Positions 29,108 through 36,890 of a DNA stretch of 36,890 bases are shown here, piece after piece (the first letter of the stretch is position 1; each line of letters begins with the position of its first letter). The notes below the pieces were generated by a model. The model had not been told where the DNA came from. It did no database searches and was given only the letters and a program-made list of their open reading frames with translations. The stretch spans positions 1 through 36,890 of the forward strand of contig JANNXQ010000276.1 in the NCBI GenBank assembly GCA_031409655.1, in the 5' to 3' direction. A program made the position numbers and the translations under genes. Source of the stretch: Chthoniobacteraceae bacterium (GTDB taxonomy: Bacteria > Verrucomicrobiota > Verrucomicrobiia > Chthoniobacterales > Chthoniobacteraceae).

Positions 29108-30322
29108 CTAAAGTTCTCCGCGGAAGGCGCGGTGCTGGAGGGTGGCGAAGAGCGCGTCCAGCTCCGCCAGCGACGCGCCCTGCGCCGTCTTCAGCGCCTC
29201 CACCGCCGTCACTCGCCGGGCGAATTCGCGCTGCAATGGAATGGGGGGAAGCGCGACGACGGCCGACTCAAGTTGCCATCCGCTGACGTTCGGTTGCGCG
29301 ACACCTGCGGCGAGTTGCCAGAGGAAGCGTTGGTAGAACGGGGAGCGCAGAAGGCCGATGAGGAACTCCCGCTGAATCCGAGCTGCATCGCGGATGCGGT
29401 AATTGCCGACGCGCTGATTCAGGTAGAGGTCTTCGCTGAGTTCCAGCGGGACGACGCCGAGTTTTCCGGTGGTTGCGCCAGACATGGCGATGAGAATGTC
29501 TCCGCGATGGATTTTGTAGCCGACACCTTTGCCGAGCTTCTCGTCTGGAATGCGGGCGATGCCGTCGAGGTCTATTCCGTCTCCAGTTAGATTCGAGATT
29601 CGGACGACGGCGTTGCCTTCTGCCGCGAAGTCTTCGGATTTGAAGGCGTAGCCGCCGACCAATTTCACGACCTGACCAAGTTCGACTTTCGGGAATCCTT
29701 TCGGGTTGGTGGCGGGGTCGCCGAAGAGGTCGAGGAAGAGGGATTGGGTGAGGGAGTCGAGTTGGGCGAGGGCGGCGCGGCGCTTGGCCCGCAACGCCTC
29801 CGCCCGGTCCAGAACCTCCGCTATCCGCCGCTGCTCCGCCAGCGGCGGCAGGGGGATTTCAAGCCGTTCGAGAAAGTATTTCGGCACACGCCGCTGTCCC
29901 GCGCTGCCGGTCATCTTTCGCGCACCGTCAATGCGAACGTGACCCTGCCGCAGGAAATGCAGGAGGTATCGAGCGTCGAGATTTTCGCCCGGCGAGAGGA
30001 CGTGAAATTCCGTGGAGCCAAAGCCGTAACGCTGGGTGATCCGCGCCTGCACGATCTTCCCGTTCTCAAAGCAAGGCGTGATCTTGGCCACAAGCACGTC
30101 GCCATCCATGAACCACGGGAAGCCCTGCAAAACGTCGCCGAGTTTGCGAACCTCCAGCCGCTCAATATTCGCAGTCTCCGCAGAGACCGCAGCCATCGGA
30201 ACGAACGCGACTTCTTCATCGCTGTCGATGCAGTCGTCGAACCACGCGGGGTTCACCTCCGCGACTTCACCGAGCGCGACGCTTTTCCTATCCGCAATCC
30301 GCAATCCGCGATCCGCCCTCAC
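29108..30322 (-). CDS. hsdS: Type I R-M specificity subunit
   Basis: Two TRDs (KITPCFENGK...GSTEF; GYAFKS...SGATTGK...NQRV) separated by PLPPLAEQRRI...LFLDLFGDP. C-terminal PPIPLQREF...AFRGEL. Confidence 0.93.
   Translation of the reverse strand: MRADRGLRIADRKSVALGEVAEVNPAWFDDCIDSDEEVAFVPMAAVSAETANIERLEVRKLGDVLQGFPWFMDGDVLVAKITPCFENGKIVQARITQRYGFGSTEFHVLSPGENLDARYLLHFLRQGHVRIDGARKMTGSAGQRRVPKYFLERLEIPLPPLAEQRRIAEVLDRAEALRAKRRAALAQLDSLTQSLFLDLFGDPATNPKGFPKVELGQVVKLVGGYAFKSEDFAAEGNAVVRISNLTGDGIDLDGIARIPDEKLGKGVGYKIHRGDILIAMSGATTGKLGVVPLELSEDLYLNQRVGNYRIRDAARIQREFLIGLLRSPFYQRFLWQLAAGVAQPNVSGWQLESAVVALPPIPLQREFARRVTAVEALKTAQGASLAELDALFATLQHRAFRGEL
30290..30317. repeat. Four tandem ATCCGCN heptamers just inside the hsdS start
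   Basis: ATCCGCA ATCCGCA ATCCGCG ATCCGCC. Encodes RADRGLRIAD on the minus strand. Confidence 0.8.
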
Positions 30323-31956
30323 TTCAGCATCCCCTCCAGTTCCTTCATGCCCTGCTGGATCTCCGCCTCCAGTTGGCCGAGGGCTTTCAGGATTTCGCCC
30401 GGCGGGCGGTGCGCGACGTCGGCGTGGACGACTTCCTTGTAGCGGTTGAGCGAGAGGTCGTAGCCCTGCGCGGCGAGGTCGGCCCGGGGCACGCAGAAGC
30501 TTTGCGCGGTGCGCGGGTTCTGGCGCTCGTGGTAGGGCTGGCGCGCCGCGCCGGCCGCGTAGAGGGCGGGAGCTTCGCGGACAACCACCTCGCTGTGCTC
30601 GCCCGGCGGCCGGCTCGGCGAGCCAGCCCTACCAAGGGAACGCCAGCGGGCGAGGATGTCGGGCAGGTTGTTCTTCGCGTGGTCGGCGGCGGTGAGGGCG
30701 ACTTTCGGCACGGGGCCAAGCTTTTCCGGCGGCAGGAGTTCGGTGCGTTTGTCGTCGAGCGACATGCCGTCGGCGTCCACGTCGTAGAACCACACATGGT
30801 CCGTGCCGCCGGAGTTGGTCTTGGTGAAGAGGAGGATGGCGGTGGAGACGCCGGCGTAGGGCTTGAACACGCCGCCGGGCAGCGAGATGACGGCGTCGAG
30901 TTTCTGTTCCTCGACGAGGAGCTGGCGCATCGTCTTGTGCGCGTTGGACGAGCCGAAGAGGACGTCGTCGGGCACGATGACGGCGGCGCGTCCGCCGGGC
31001 TTGAGCAGGCGCAGGAAGAGGGCGAGGAAGAGCAGCTCGGTCTTCTTGGTCTTGACGATTTGCTGGAGGTCCTTGGCGCAGTTCTCGTAGTCGAGCGAGC
31101 CGGCGAAGGGCGGATTGGCGAGGACGAGGGTGTATTTTTCCTCCTCGCCCGCGTGGTCCTGCGCGAGGGAGTCACGGTAGCGGATGTCGGGATTTTCCAC
31201 GCCGTGCAGGAGCATGTTCATGCTGCCGATGCGGAGCATGGTGTTGTCGAAGTCGAACCCGTGAAAGAGGTGGTGGTGGAAGTGTTCCTTGAGCTTCGTG
31301 TCGCGGAGGATTTCCGGGTGATGGTCGCGGAGGTATTCGCCCGCCGCCACGAGGAAGCCGCCCGTGCCGCACGCGGGGTCACAGATGACGTCCTTGGCCA
31401 CGGGCGCGGTGAGTTCGACCATGAGCTGGATGATGTGGCGCGGGGTGCGGAACTGGCCGTTCTGCCCGGCGCTGGCGATCTTCCCGAGCATGTATTCATA
31501 GAGGTCGCCCTTGGTATCGCGGTCCTCCATCGGCACGCCGTCAATCATGTCCACGACCTTGGCGAGCAACGCGGGCGTGGGGATGGTGAAACGCGCATCC
31601 TTCATGTGGTGCGCGTAGGTGGAATCGTCGCCGCCGAGGGTGCGGAGGAAGGGGAAGACGTGGTCGTTGACGACCTCGAACATTTCGGCGGGCGCGACGT
31701 TTTTAAACTTCGACCAGCGGAGATCGTCGTACGCGCGGCCCTTGGGGTCCTTGCCCTCGGGGAAGACGCGGCGCTCGAGTTTCTTGAGTTTCAGGCGCGC
31801 GGCTTTGTTTTCCTCCAGCGTGTGCAAATCATCGAGGCGCTTCAGGAAAAGCAGGTAGGTGATCTGCTCGATGACTTCGAGCGGATTGGAGATGCCGCCG
31901 GTCCAGAAGGCATTCCAGAGGGCGTCGATTTTACTGCGGATTTCGCCGTTGAGCAT
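30319..31956 (-). CDS. hsdM: Type I R-M N6-adenine methyltransferase M subunit
   Basis: GQFRTPRHII, DPACGTGGFL (motif I), LANPPF (motif IV), YDLSLNRY. Confidence 0.96.
   Translation of the reverse strand: MLNGEIRSKIDALWNAFWTGGISNPLEVIEQITYLLFLKRLDDLHTLEENKAARLKLKKLERRVFPEGKDPKGRAYDDLRWSKFKNVAPAEMFEVVNDHVFPFLRTLGGDDSTYAHHMKDARFTIPTPALLAKVVDMIDGVPMEDRDTKGDLYEYMLGKIASAGQNGQFRTPRHIIQLMVELTAPVAKDVICDPACGTGGFLVAAGEYLRDHHPEILRDTKLKEHFHHHLFHGFDFDNTMLRIGSMNMLLHGVENPDIRYRDSLAQDHAGEEEKYTLVLANPPFAGSLDYENCAKDLQQIVKTKKTELLFLALFLRLLKPGGRAAVIVPDDVLFGSSNAHKTMRQLLVEEQKLDAVISLPGGVFKPYAGVSTAILLFTKTNSGGTDHVWFYDVDADGMSLDDKRTELLPPEKLGPVPKVALTAADHAKNNLPDILARWRSLGRAGSPSRPPGEHSEVVVREAPALYAAGAARQPYHERQNPRTAQSFCVPRADLAAQGYDLSLNRYKEVVHADVAHRPPGEILKALGQLEAEIQQGMKELEGMLK
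30530..30634. repeat. GTAG-type REP dyad (REPIN-like) inserted in frame within hsdM
   Basis: Arms TGGTAGGGCTGGCGCGCCGCGCCGGCCGC (30530-30558) and GCGGCCGGCTCGGCGAGCCAGCCCTACCA (30606-30634) are inverted repeats matching at 27/29. Each arm has its own internal hairpin after GTAG. Confidence 0.8.
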
Positions 31957-32050
31957 GGGACGCGGAGCATTGTGCGCCCCGCCACAACCGGGCGAGGGAA
32001 AAAGGCGGACCTGCTGGCCGTCACCGCGACCCCCGAAGAATCAGGAGAAA

Positions 32051-32081
32051 GTGCTCACGAGAGGATTCGAACCTCCACGCC
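32051..32081 (-). other. 3' fragment of a tRNA gene (probably Leu); candidate att site of an integrated element
   Basis: Minus strand reads GGCGTGGAGG-TTCGAAT-CCTCT-CGTGAGC-AC: T-arm, acceptor 3' strand and discriminator A. No D or anticodon arm upstream. Confidence 0.75.
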
Positions 32082-32200
32082 TGCACTTCTGGCCCGCTGC
32101 CGACCTCACCCTTTCTGAAAAACCCAACCGACAAGGAGGTGCGGCGCGATTCCGTCGGTGAAACATCAATCCAACCTCCAAACCGAAAGCACTCACCCTC

Positions 32201-32368
32201 ATGATCTCCTGGGCCATCACCTTCCTTATCATCGCACTGATCGCCGGCGTCCTCGGCTTTACCTCCCTGGCCGGAACCGCCATCGGATTCGCCAAGATTA
32301 TCTTTGTCGTTTTCCTCGTGCTCTTCGTCCTCTCATTCGTCATGGGGCGCAGAGCTCCGCGGGCGTAG
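32201..32368 (+). CDS. DUF1328 (UPF0391) small membrane protein (absent from the ORF track)
   Basis: [55 protein letters not shown]. Confidence 0.92.
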   Translation: MISWAITFLIIALIAGVLGFTSLAGTAIGFAKIIFVVFLVLFVLSFVMGRRAPRA

Positions 32369-33046
32369 TTACTGCCAGTCGGGGCTCACGGCGGGAAAGG
32401 TTAGCGTCGTGATGAGTTCCCGTGTGTCCGGTGCGAAGCGGTGCTGCATCTCGCCTCCGTTTGCGGTGATGGTGCGGTGTGCTGACCACAGGCCGAGGCC
32501 GGAGTGGCCGGGGCGCGTGGAGGCAAAGGGCGCACGGCCCCAGCTTGCGGTCTCGATGGGTGTGGCCTCGGGTTCACGCAACTCGAAGACGACCGCTCGA
32601 TCCTGCACGTGTGCGGTTGCGTGCAGGGGCGCGCCGGTGGCGAACGCCTGGGCATTCGCGAGGAGTTCGCGGAACACCTCGGCCAGCGCGGCGGCGTCCA
32701 CGTTCACCTGCTCCACACCGAGAGTGTCGCTCCACTCCACGAGCGGCGCGGGATCGAGTGCGGTGAGTTGATCCTGCCAGATGAGGAAAAGCTCACGTGC
32801 TTCGTAGATTGCGCGCGACGGGTGCGGCTCGGCGAATTTCCCGGCCAGCATGCGCAAATCCGCCGCGAGCCGGTGAATCTGCGCGCGGATGCGGGCGACA
32901 CCTTCCGCGGGCTCGCCGTCCGGGACGAGTTCGGCGAGCAGGGCGGCTTCGAGGTCGAGGCCGTTCAGCTCGTTGCGCACATCGTGGGTGTGCTGGCGGA
33001 TAAAGTGCGCGAGCTGCGGCAAACTCCAGTCGGGTGAGGAAGACAT
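32369..33046 (-). CDS. Sensor-less histidine kinase-like protein (degenerate HisKA plus HATPase)
   Basis: HDVRNELNG H-box, ELLANA N-box, PFASTRPGHSGLGL F/G2 box. The G1 box is not recognisable. Confidence 0.75.
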   Translation of the reverse strand: MSSSPDWSLPQLAHFIRQHTHDVRNELNGLDLEAALLAELVPDGEPAEGVARIRAQIHRLAADLRMLAGKFAEPHPSRAIYEARELFLIWQDQLTALDPAPLVEWSDTLGVEQVNVDAAALAEVFRELLANAQAFATGAPLHATAHVQDRAVVFELREPEATPIETASWGRAPFASTRPGHSGLGLWSAHRTITANGGEMQHRFAPDTRELITTLTFPAVSPDWQ

Positions 33047-33096
33047 GCCTCGATCATACGTGCATCCACGGCGCGTGGCTCTGCCGATTCTTTGGT

Positions 33097-33249
33097 ATGA
33101 CCACCATCCTCTTTGTCATCCTGATCCTCCTGCTCATCGGCGCGTTGCCGACCTGGCCCCATAGTTCGAAGTGGGGTTACGGCCCGAGCGGCGGCCTCGG
33201 CACGATCCTCGTCATCCTGCTCATTCTGTACCTACTCAAGGTGATCTAA
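33097..33249 (+). CDS. DUF3309 small membrane protein
   Basis: MTTILFVILILLLIGALPTWPHSSKWGYGPSGGLGTILVILLILYLLKVI. Confidence 0.92.
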   Translation: MTTILFVILILLLIGALPTWPHSSKWGYGPSGGLGTILVILLILYLLKVI

Positions 33250-33250
33250 C

Positions 33251-33292
33251 GTCGCGGGTCGTGACACAAGTGTCGCGCATCGTGACACAAAT
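33251..33292. promoter_or_regulatory. Tandem 21-nt repeat with internal dyad; candidate regulator binding sites upstream of the ECF sigma gene
   Basis: GTCGCGGGTCGTGACACAAGT / GTCGCGCATCGTGACACAAAT (18/21 identical). Contains TGTCGCG-N3-CGTGACA. Confidence 0.5.
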
Positions 33293-33357
33293 TCGGGCCC
33301 TGCGAGTCGGGCTACGGGGTAATTTGCGGGTGGCACGGCCAAGGAAAGAGGGAGGGA

Positions 33358-33990
33358 ATGAACTATTCCTCCGACCAACAAACCCTCGAAACTCAGACCC
33401 CTCATCATGCCTCCGAGCCGACCGATGAAGAACTCATGGCTCGCGTTCAGGAGTTCGACGATGACGCCATCGCGATCCTCTACCGGCGGCACAGCGCGCT
33501 GCTGCGCACCGTCGTCGGTCGCATCCTGAACAACGACGCCGATGTGGACGACCAGCTTCAGGAAATCTTCCTCCAAGTATGGTGCCAGGCTGGGCGCTAT
33601 GACGCGACGAAGGGGAAGGCACCGGGCTGGATCGTGACGGTGGCCCGCCGCCGCGCGATCGATAAGCTGCGGCGGAAGCAGGCGAGCTTCCGCGCCGAGG
33701 AGCGTCTCCGCGCGGAGCCCGAGCCAGCGCCGCATCGGGGAGCGGATGAGGAGGTCGCGGCGTCAGATGTCGCCAGCACCTTGACTCGCGTGATCGCCAC
33801 GCTGCCCAGCGCCCAGCGGGATGCCGTGAACTACGTTTACTATCGCGGCCTCAGCCAGCGTCAGATCGCCGCGGAAACGGGCATCCCGCTCGGAACAATC
33901 AAGACGCGGATCGAACTCGCACTCCGCAAAGTGCGCACGGCGATCCTTGCACTCGGCGGTGCGGGCGAGTGGACCTACGCCAGTGCATGA
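33358..33990 (+). CDS. ECF sigma-70 factor (SigK-like)
   Basis: TDEELM, region 2 QEIFLQVW...WIVTVARRRAIDKLR, region 4 LPSAQR...YYRGLSQRQIA..TGIPLGTIKTR. AGGGAGGG SD. Confidence 0.92.
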   Translation: MNYSSDQQTLETQTPHHASEPTDEELMARVQEFDDDAIAILYRRHSALLRTVVGRILNNDADVDDQLQEIFLQVWCQAGRYDATKGKAPGWIVTVARRRAIDKLRRKQASFRAEERLRAEPEPAPHRGADEEVAASDVASTLTRVIATLPSAQRDAVNYVYYRGLSQRQIAAETGIPLGTIKTRIELALRKVRTAILALGGAGEWTYASA

Positions 33991-33993
33991 TTT

Positions 33994-36675
33994 TCAAAGC
34001 GCGATCCCGAAGCGCTTGAGCTTCGCGTAGAGCGTTGGGTGGTGAATGCCGAGCAGTTCGGCGTCGCGCTTTTTGTTGCCGCCGGAACGCCGCAGCGCGT
34101 CGATCAAGGCTTCGCGCTCGATGCCGCCGAGCGTGTGCGGCCCGCCGCCGACCGCGGCGGGCGCGGGGGCGCGATCGGGACGCTGGATTTCGCTCGGGAG
34201 AAAGTGCGGACCGAGGATCGCGCCATCGCAAAGCACGAGCGCGTGCTCGACGGCGTTTTGCAATTCACGCACGTTGCCAGGCCATGAGTAGCCGCGCAGA
34301 AGCTCGAGTGCTTCGGGTGCAAGTTGCGGCACGGGCTTGCCGAGCTGCTGGGCAAAGCGGCGCAGAAAGGTGTCGATCAACTTGGGCAGATCTTCGCGGC
34401 GCTCGCGCAGCGGCGGGACTTCGATCTCAAAGGTCTTCAGCCGGAAATAAATATCCTGCCGCAGCCGTCCTTCCTGGATGGCCTGGGCCGGCGAGCGATT
34501 GCAGGCGGCGATCAGGCGAAAATTCGCGGGAAGGTTTTTCGTGGAGCCGAGCGGGCGAAATTCGCGGTCCTGCAACACGCGGAGAAAACGCGTCTGCAAC
34601 TCCGCCGGAAGTTCGGTGATCTCATCGAGAAAGAGCGTGCCGCCGTGTGCTTCCGAAAGCATCCCAGGGAACGCCGCGACCGCGCCGGTGAACGCGCCCT
34701 TCACGTAACCGAACAGCTCCGACTCGATCATGTTCACGGGGAAGGCTCCGCAATTCAGTTTCACCATCGGCCCCGCGGCGCGCGCGCTCTGGCGATGCAC
34801 GGCGGTGGCGAAGACCTCCTTGCCCACGCCGCTTTCACCGGTGAGCTGCACATTCGCCTCGCTCGGCGCAACGCGCGCGATGAGTTGCTCGACTTCGCGC
34901 ATCCGTCGGCTGATGGCCACCGGCCCGAGTTGTTCCTCCGCGGCTTGCAGGCGTTTTTGCAGCACCGCCTTTTCCTCGCGCAGCTTCGCCGTTTCTCGCG
35001 CCAGCGTCTGGTGGTCGAGCGCCCGCGTGCAGAGACTCTGCAGCTCCTCCACGGCGTAGACCTTCGAGAAGAAATGAAACGCGCCTTGCTTGATCGACTT
35101 GATCGCATTGGCCAGTGAGTCGTTCGCCGTCAGCACGATCACCGGCAGTTCGGGATGCGCCGCCTTCAGCTCCCGCAGGCCGTCCAGCCGCACGCTGGGG
35201 GCGATCCCATCTGGCTGGACGGGCTGCGGGGGATGATCGTGGCCGCGGGCGGTGAGTTGTTCCTTGAGCTCGCGCACGGCGATCATCGGGATCTCGACGT
35301 GGAAGGTCGCGCCCTGGCCTTCGCCCGCGCTGCGTACGGTGATGGTGCCGCCGTGGAGTTCGACCAGATGTCGGGTGATGGAAAGTCCGAGCCCGAGCCC
35401 GCTCTGCGCACGCGCGATACTCGCGTCCTGCTGCGAAAAGCGGTCGAAGATGCGCGGGAGAAAATCGGCGCGCACGCCCTGCCCGGTGTCGCGGACTTCC
35501 AGGGCCACCGCCGAACCGGTGCGCGCCACCGAGAGCGCGACCTCGCCGCCGCGCGGGGTGAATTTGATGGCGTTGCTCACGAGATTCCAAACGACCTGCT
35601 GGAGCCGGTCGGGATCACCCAGCACTTCGGCGGCTTCCCCGCTCGCGCCGAGGGCGATTTTCACCCCGCGGGCCTCCGCCGCGGGCCGCAAGCCTTCCAC
35701 CACACCGGTGACCAGCGCGCGGAGATCGACCTCGCTGATCCGCAGCCGCACCTTGCCGGAGATGATCCGCGAGACATCGAGCAGATCGTCGATCAGCCGG
35801 GCCTGCGCGTGGGCGTTGCGGTCGATGGTGTCGAGACCCTCCTGCAATTCCTGCGCATCGGTCGCGCCCTCGCGGAGCGGGCTGGTCCAGCCGACGATCG
35901 CGTTCAGCGGAGTGCGCAGCTCGTGCGAGACGACGGCGAGAAACTCATCCTTGAGCTTGTTCGCATGGGTGGCCTCGCTGTGCGCGGAGCGCTCCGAGGC
36001 GAGCAGCGATTCCACGCGCGCGCGGGCCTCCCGTTCGGCCACCGCCAGGGTTTCCCTTTCGGAAAAGTGCAGGCGGGCGAGAAAAAAGAGCGCGATCAAG
36101 GCGCCCGCGACGACGACGGTCGCGAGCAGATTGAGCGTCGCCGTGAAGGCAAGCTGTCTCTCGGCGGCCGCGAGCAGGCCGGCCATCGTGGCTTCGAGTT
36201 CGCCATCGAGCTTCGCCGCGAGCAGACGGATCTGATCCATCAAGTCCTTGCCGTGCCCCTGCCGCAACATCGCCAACGCGGCCTCCGGGCCGTGCTCCCG
36301 GCGCTCGGCGATCGCGGCCTCCAGCGCCGTCATTTTTTGAGATCCCAGCGCCTCGATCCGGTCGCGCAGCCCCGCCAGTTCGAGCTCCGGCGTGAGCAGC
36401 GTTTTCATACGGAGGTCCGAGCGGGCGATGGCGGCGTGGGCCGCGAGAAACGGCTCCAGATACGGCTCCTCCCCGGTCAGCAGAAATCCGCGTTGTCCCG
36501 TCTCCGCGTTCACGTAGGCGGCGAGCAGTTCCCGCAGTTCGATGCGGATGCCCGCCACCTCCGCGATCCGGCGCTGGCTGACGCGCAGGCGCGCCGCCGT
36601 GCGCACATTCATCGCCGTATCGAAGCCGAGGAGCAGGAGCAGCGCGATGAAACCGAAGAGGAGGGATTTTTTCAT
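33994..36675 (-). CDS. CHASE3 histidine kinase fused in frame to a half receiver domain and a sigma54-dependent AAA+/Fis-HTH activator (probable deletion fusion of two genes)
   Basis: AETGQRGFLLTG (CHASE3), SHELRTPLN, NLVSNAIKFT, GLGLGL. Then RLDGL|RELKAAHPELPVIVLT, GESGVGKE, GAFTGA, LFLDEI, WPGNVRELQN, HTH. Start MKKSLL at 36675 is preferred. Confidence 0.85.
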   Translation of the reverse strand: MKKSLLFGFIALLLLLGFDTAMNVRTAARLRVSQRRIAEVAGIRIELRELLAAYVNAETGQRGFLLTGEEPYLEPFLAAHAAIARSDLRMKTLLTPELELAGLRDRIEALGSQKMTALEAAIAERREHGPEAALAMLRQGHGKDLMDQIRLLAAKLDGELEATMAGLLAAAERQLAFTATLNLLATVVVAGALIALFFLARLHFSERETLAVAEREARARVESLLASERSAHSEATHANKLKDEFLAVVSHELRTPLNAIVGWTSPLREGATDAQELQEGLDTIDRNAHAQARLIDDLLDVSRIISGKVRLRISEVDLRALVTGVVEGLRPAAEARGVKIALGASGEAAEVLGDPDRLQQVVWNLVSNAIKFTPRGGEVALSVARTGSAVALEVRDTGQGVRADFLPRIFDRFSQQDASIARAQSGLGLGLSITRHLVELHGGTITVRSAGEGQGATFHVEIPMIAVRELKEQLTARGHDHPPQPVQPDGIAPSVRLDGLRELKAAHPELPVIVLTANDSLANAIKSIKQGAFHFFSKVYAVEELQSLCTRALDHQTLARETAKLREEKAVLQKRLQAAEEQLGPVAISRRMREVEQLIARVAPSEANVQLTGESGVGKEVFATAVHRQSARAAGPMVKLNCGAFPVNMIESELFGYVKGAFTGAVAAFPGMLSEAHGGTLFLDEITELPAELQTRFLRVLQDREFRPLGSTKNLPANFRLIAACNRSPAQAIQEGRLRQDIYFRLKTFEIEVPPLRERREDLPKLIDTFLRRFAQQLGKPVPQLAPEALELLRGYSWPGNVRELQNAVEHALVLCDGAILGPHFLPSEIQRPDRAPAPAAVGGGPHTLGGIEREALIDALRRSGGNKKRDAELLGIHHPTLYAKLKRFGIAL

Positions 36676-36779
36676 GGGACGGGAATTTCCCGCCATGAGG
36701 AAGGGAGGCGCTACCACGCGAGCAAGCCGAGCGGGGAAAATATTCACCCACTCGGCTGGCTGCTGGACAAGCCCGGGAA

Positions 36780-36890
36780 TCAGAGCGCGGCGATCTCCGC
36801 GCGCACTTCTTCCTTGGTGCGTCCGAGCGACTTTTGCAGCCGCCCGACGAGTTCGTCGTCCTTGCCCTCGACGAAGAGGAGATCGTCGTC
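36780..36890 (-). CDS. CsbD-family general stress protein, 3' part (runs off the window)
   Basis: DDDLLFVEGKDDELVGRLQKSLGRTKEEVRAEIAAL*. Confidence 0.88.
   Translation of the reverse strand, partial: DDDLLFVEGKDDELVGRLQKSLGRTKEEVRAEIAAL

Noticed and set aside
32040..32140. Complete tRNA gene
   Set aside because: Only the T-arm and acceptor 3' strand are present. There is no matching 5' GCTCACG strand, D arm or anticodon arm.
33331..33346. Canonical sigma54 promoter
   Set aside because: TGGCACG is present but the -12 position reads GA rather than GC. Kept only as a weak note in a finding.

Overview
High-GC bacterial DNA. Gene families and style suggest Verrucomicrobia/PVC, but that is an inference. 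From left to right: (1) the 3' end of a probable IS630-type transposase, a frameshifted small gene, a RelE/Phd toxin-antitoxin pair, and a 5'-truncated redox operon (AhpD remnant, DUF5069, DUF1348, PNPOx-like) with an internally deleted duplicate of its last gene; (2) a GYD-domain gene with a c-type heme protein gene; (3) two paralogous hybrid histidine kinases, one with a LOV-like PAS domain; (4) a nitrite-reduction/NO cluster (nirK-cytochrome c fusion, NirV/FGE-like, SCO, DUF2249, nnrS) split by a DUF433/DUF5615 TA pair and a DUF2330 gene; (5) xylA, a sulfatase, a Tat molybdoenzyme, and a PmoA/DUF6807-like gene with an in-frame TAG; (6) a type I restriction-modification operon (hsdM-hsdS-hsdR) with a HipA-like kinase and a HipS/HIRAN-like partner between hsdS and hsdR, a translated REP dyad inside hsdM and a heptamer repeat at the hsdS start; (7) a tRNA-Leu 3' fragment (probable att site) followed by a stress-type cluster (DUF1328, DUF3309, CsbD, ECF sigma, and a CHASE3 kinase fused in frame to a sigma54 activator). 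The best leads are the kinase-HIRAN module inside the R-M operon and three TTGAC-N4-GTCAA boxes with matching promoter geometry. The boxes would link the GYD/heme operon to nirK and nnrS. All family assignments come from motif recognition by eye; no searches were run.
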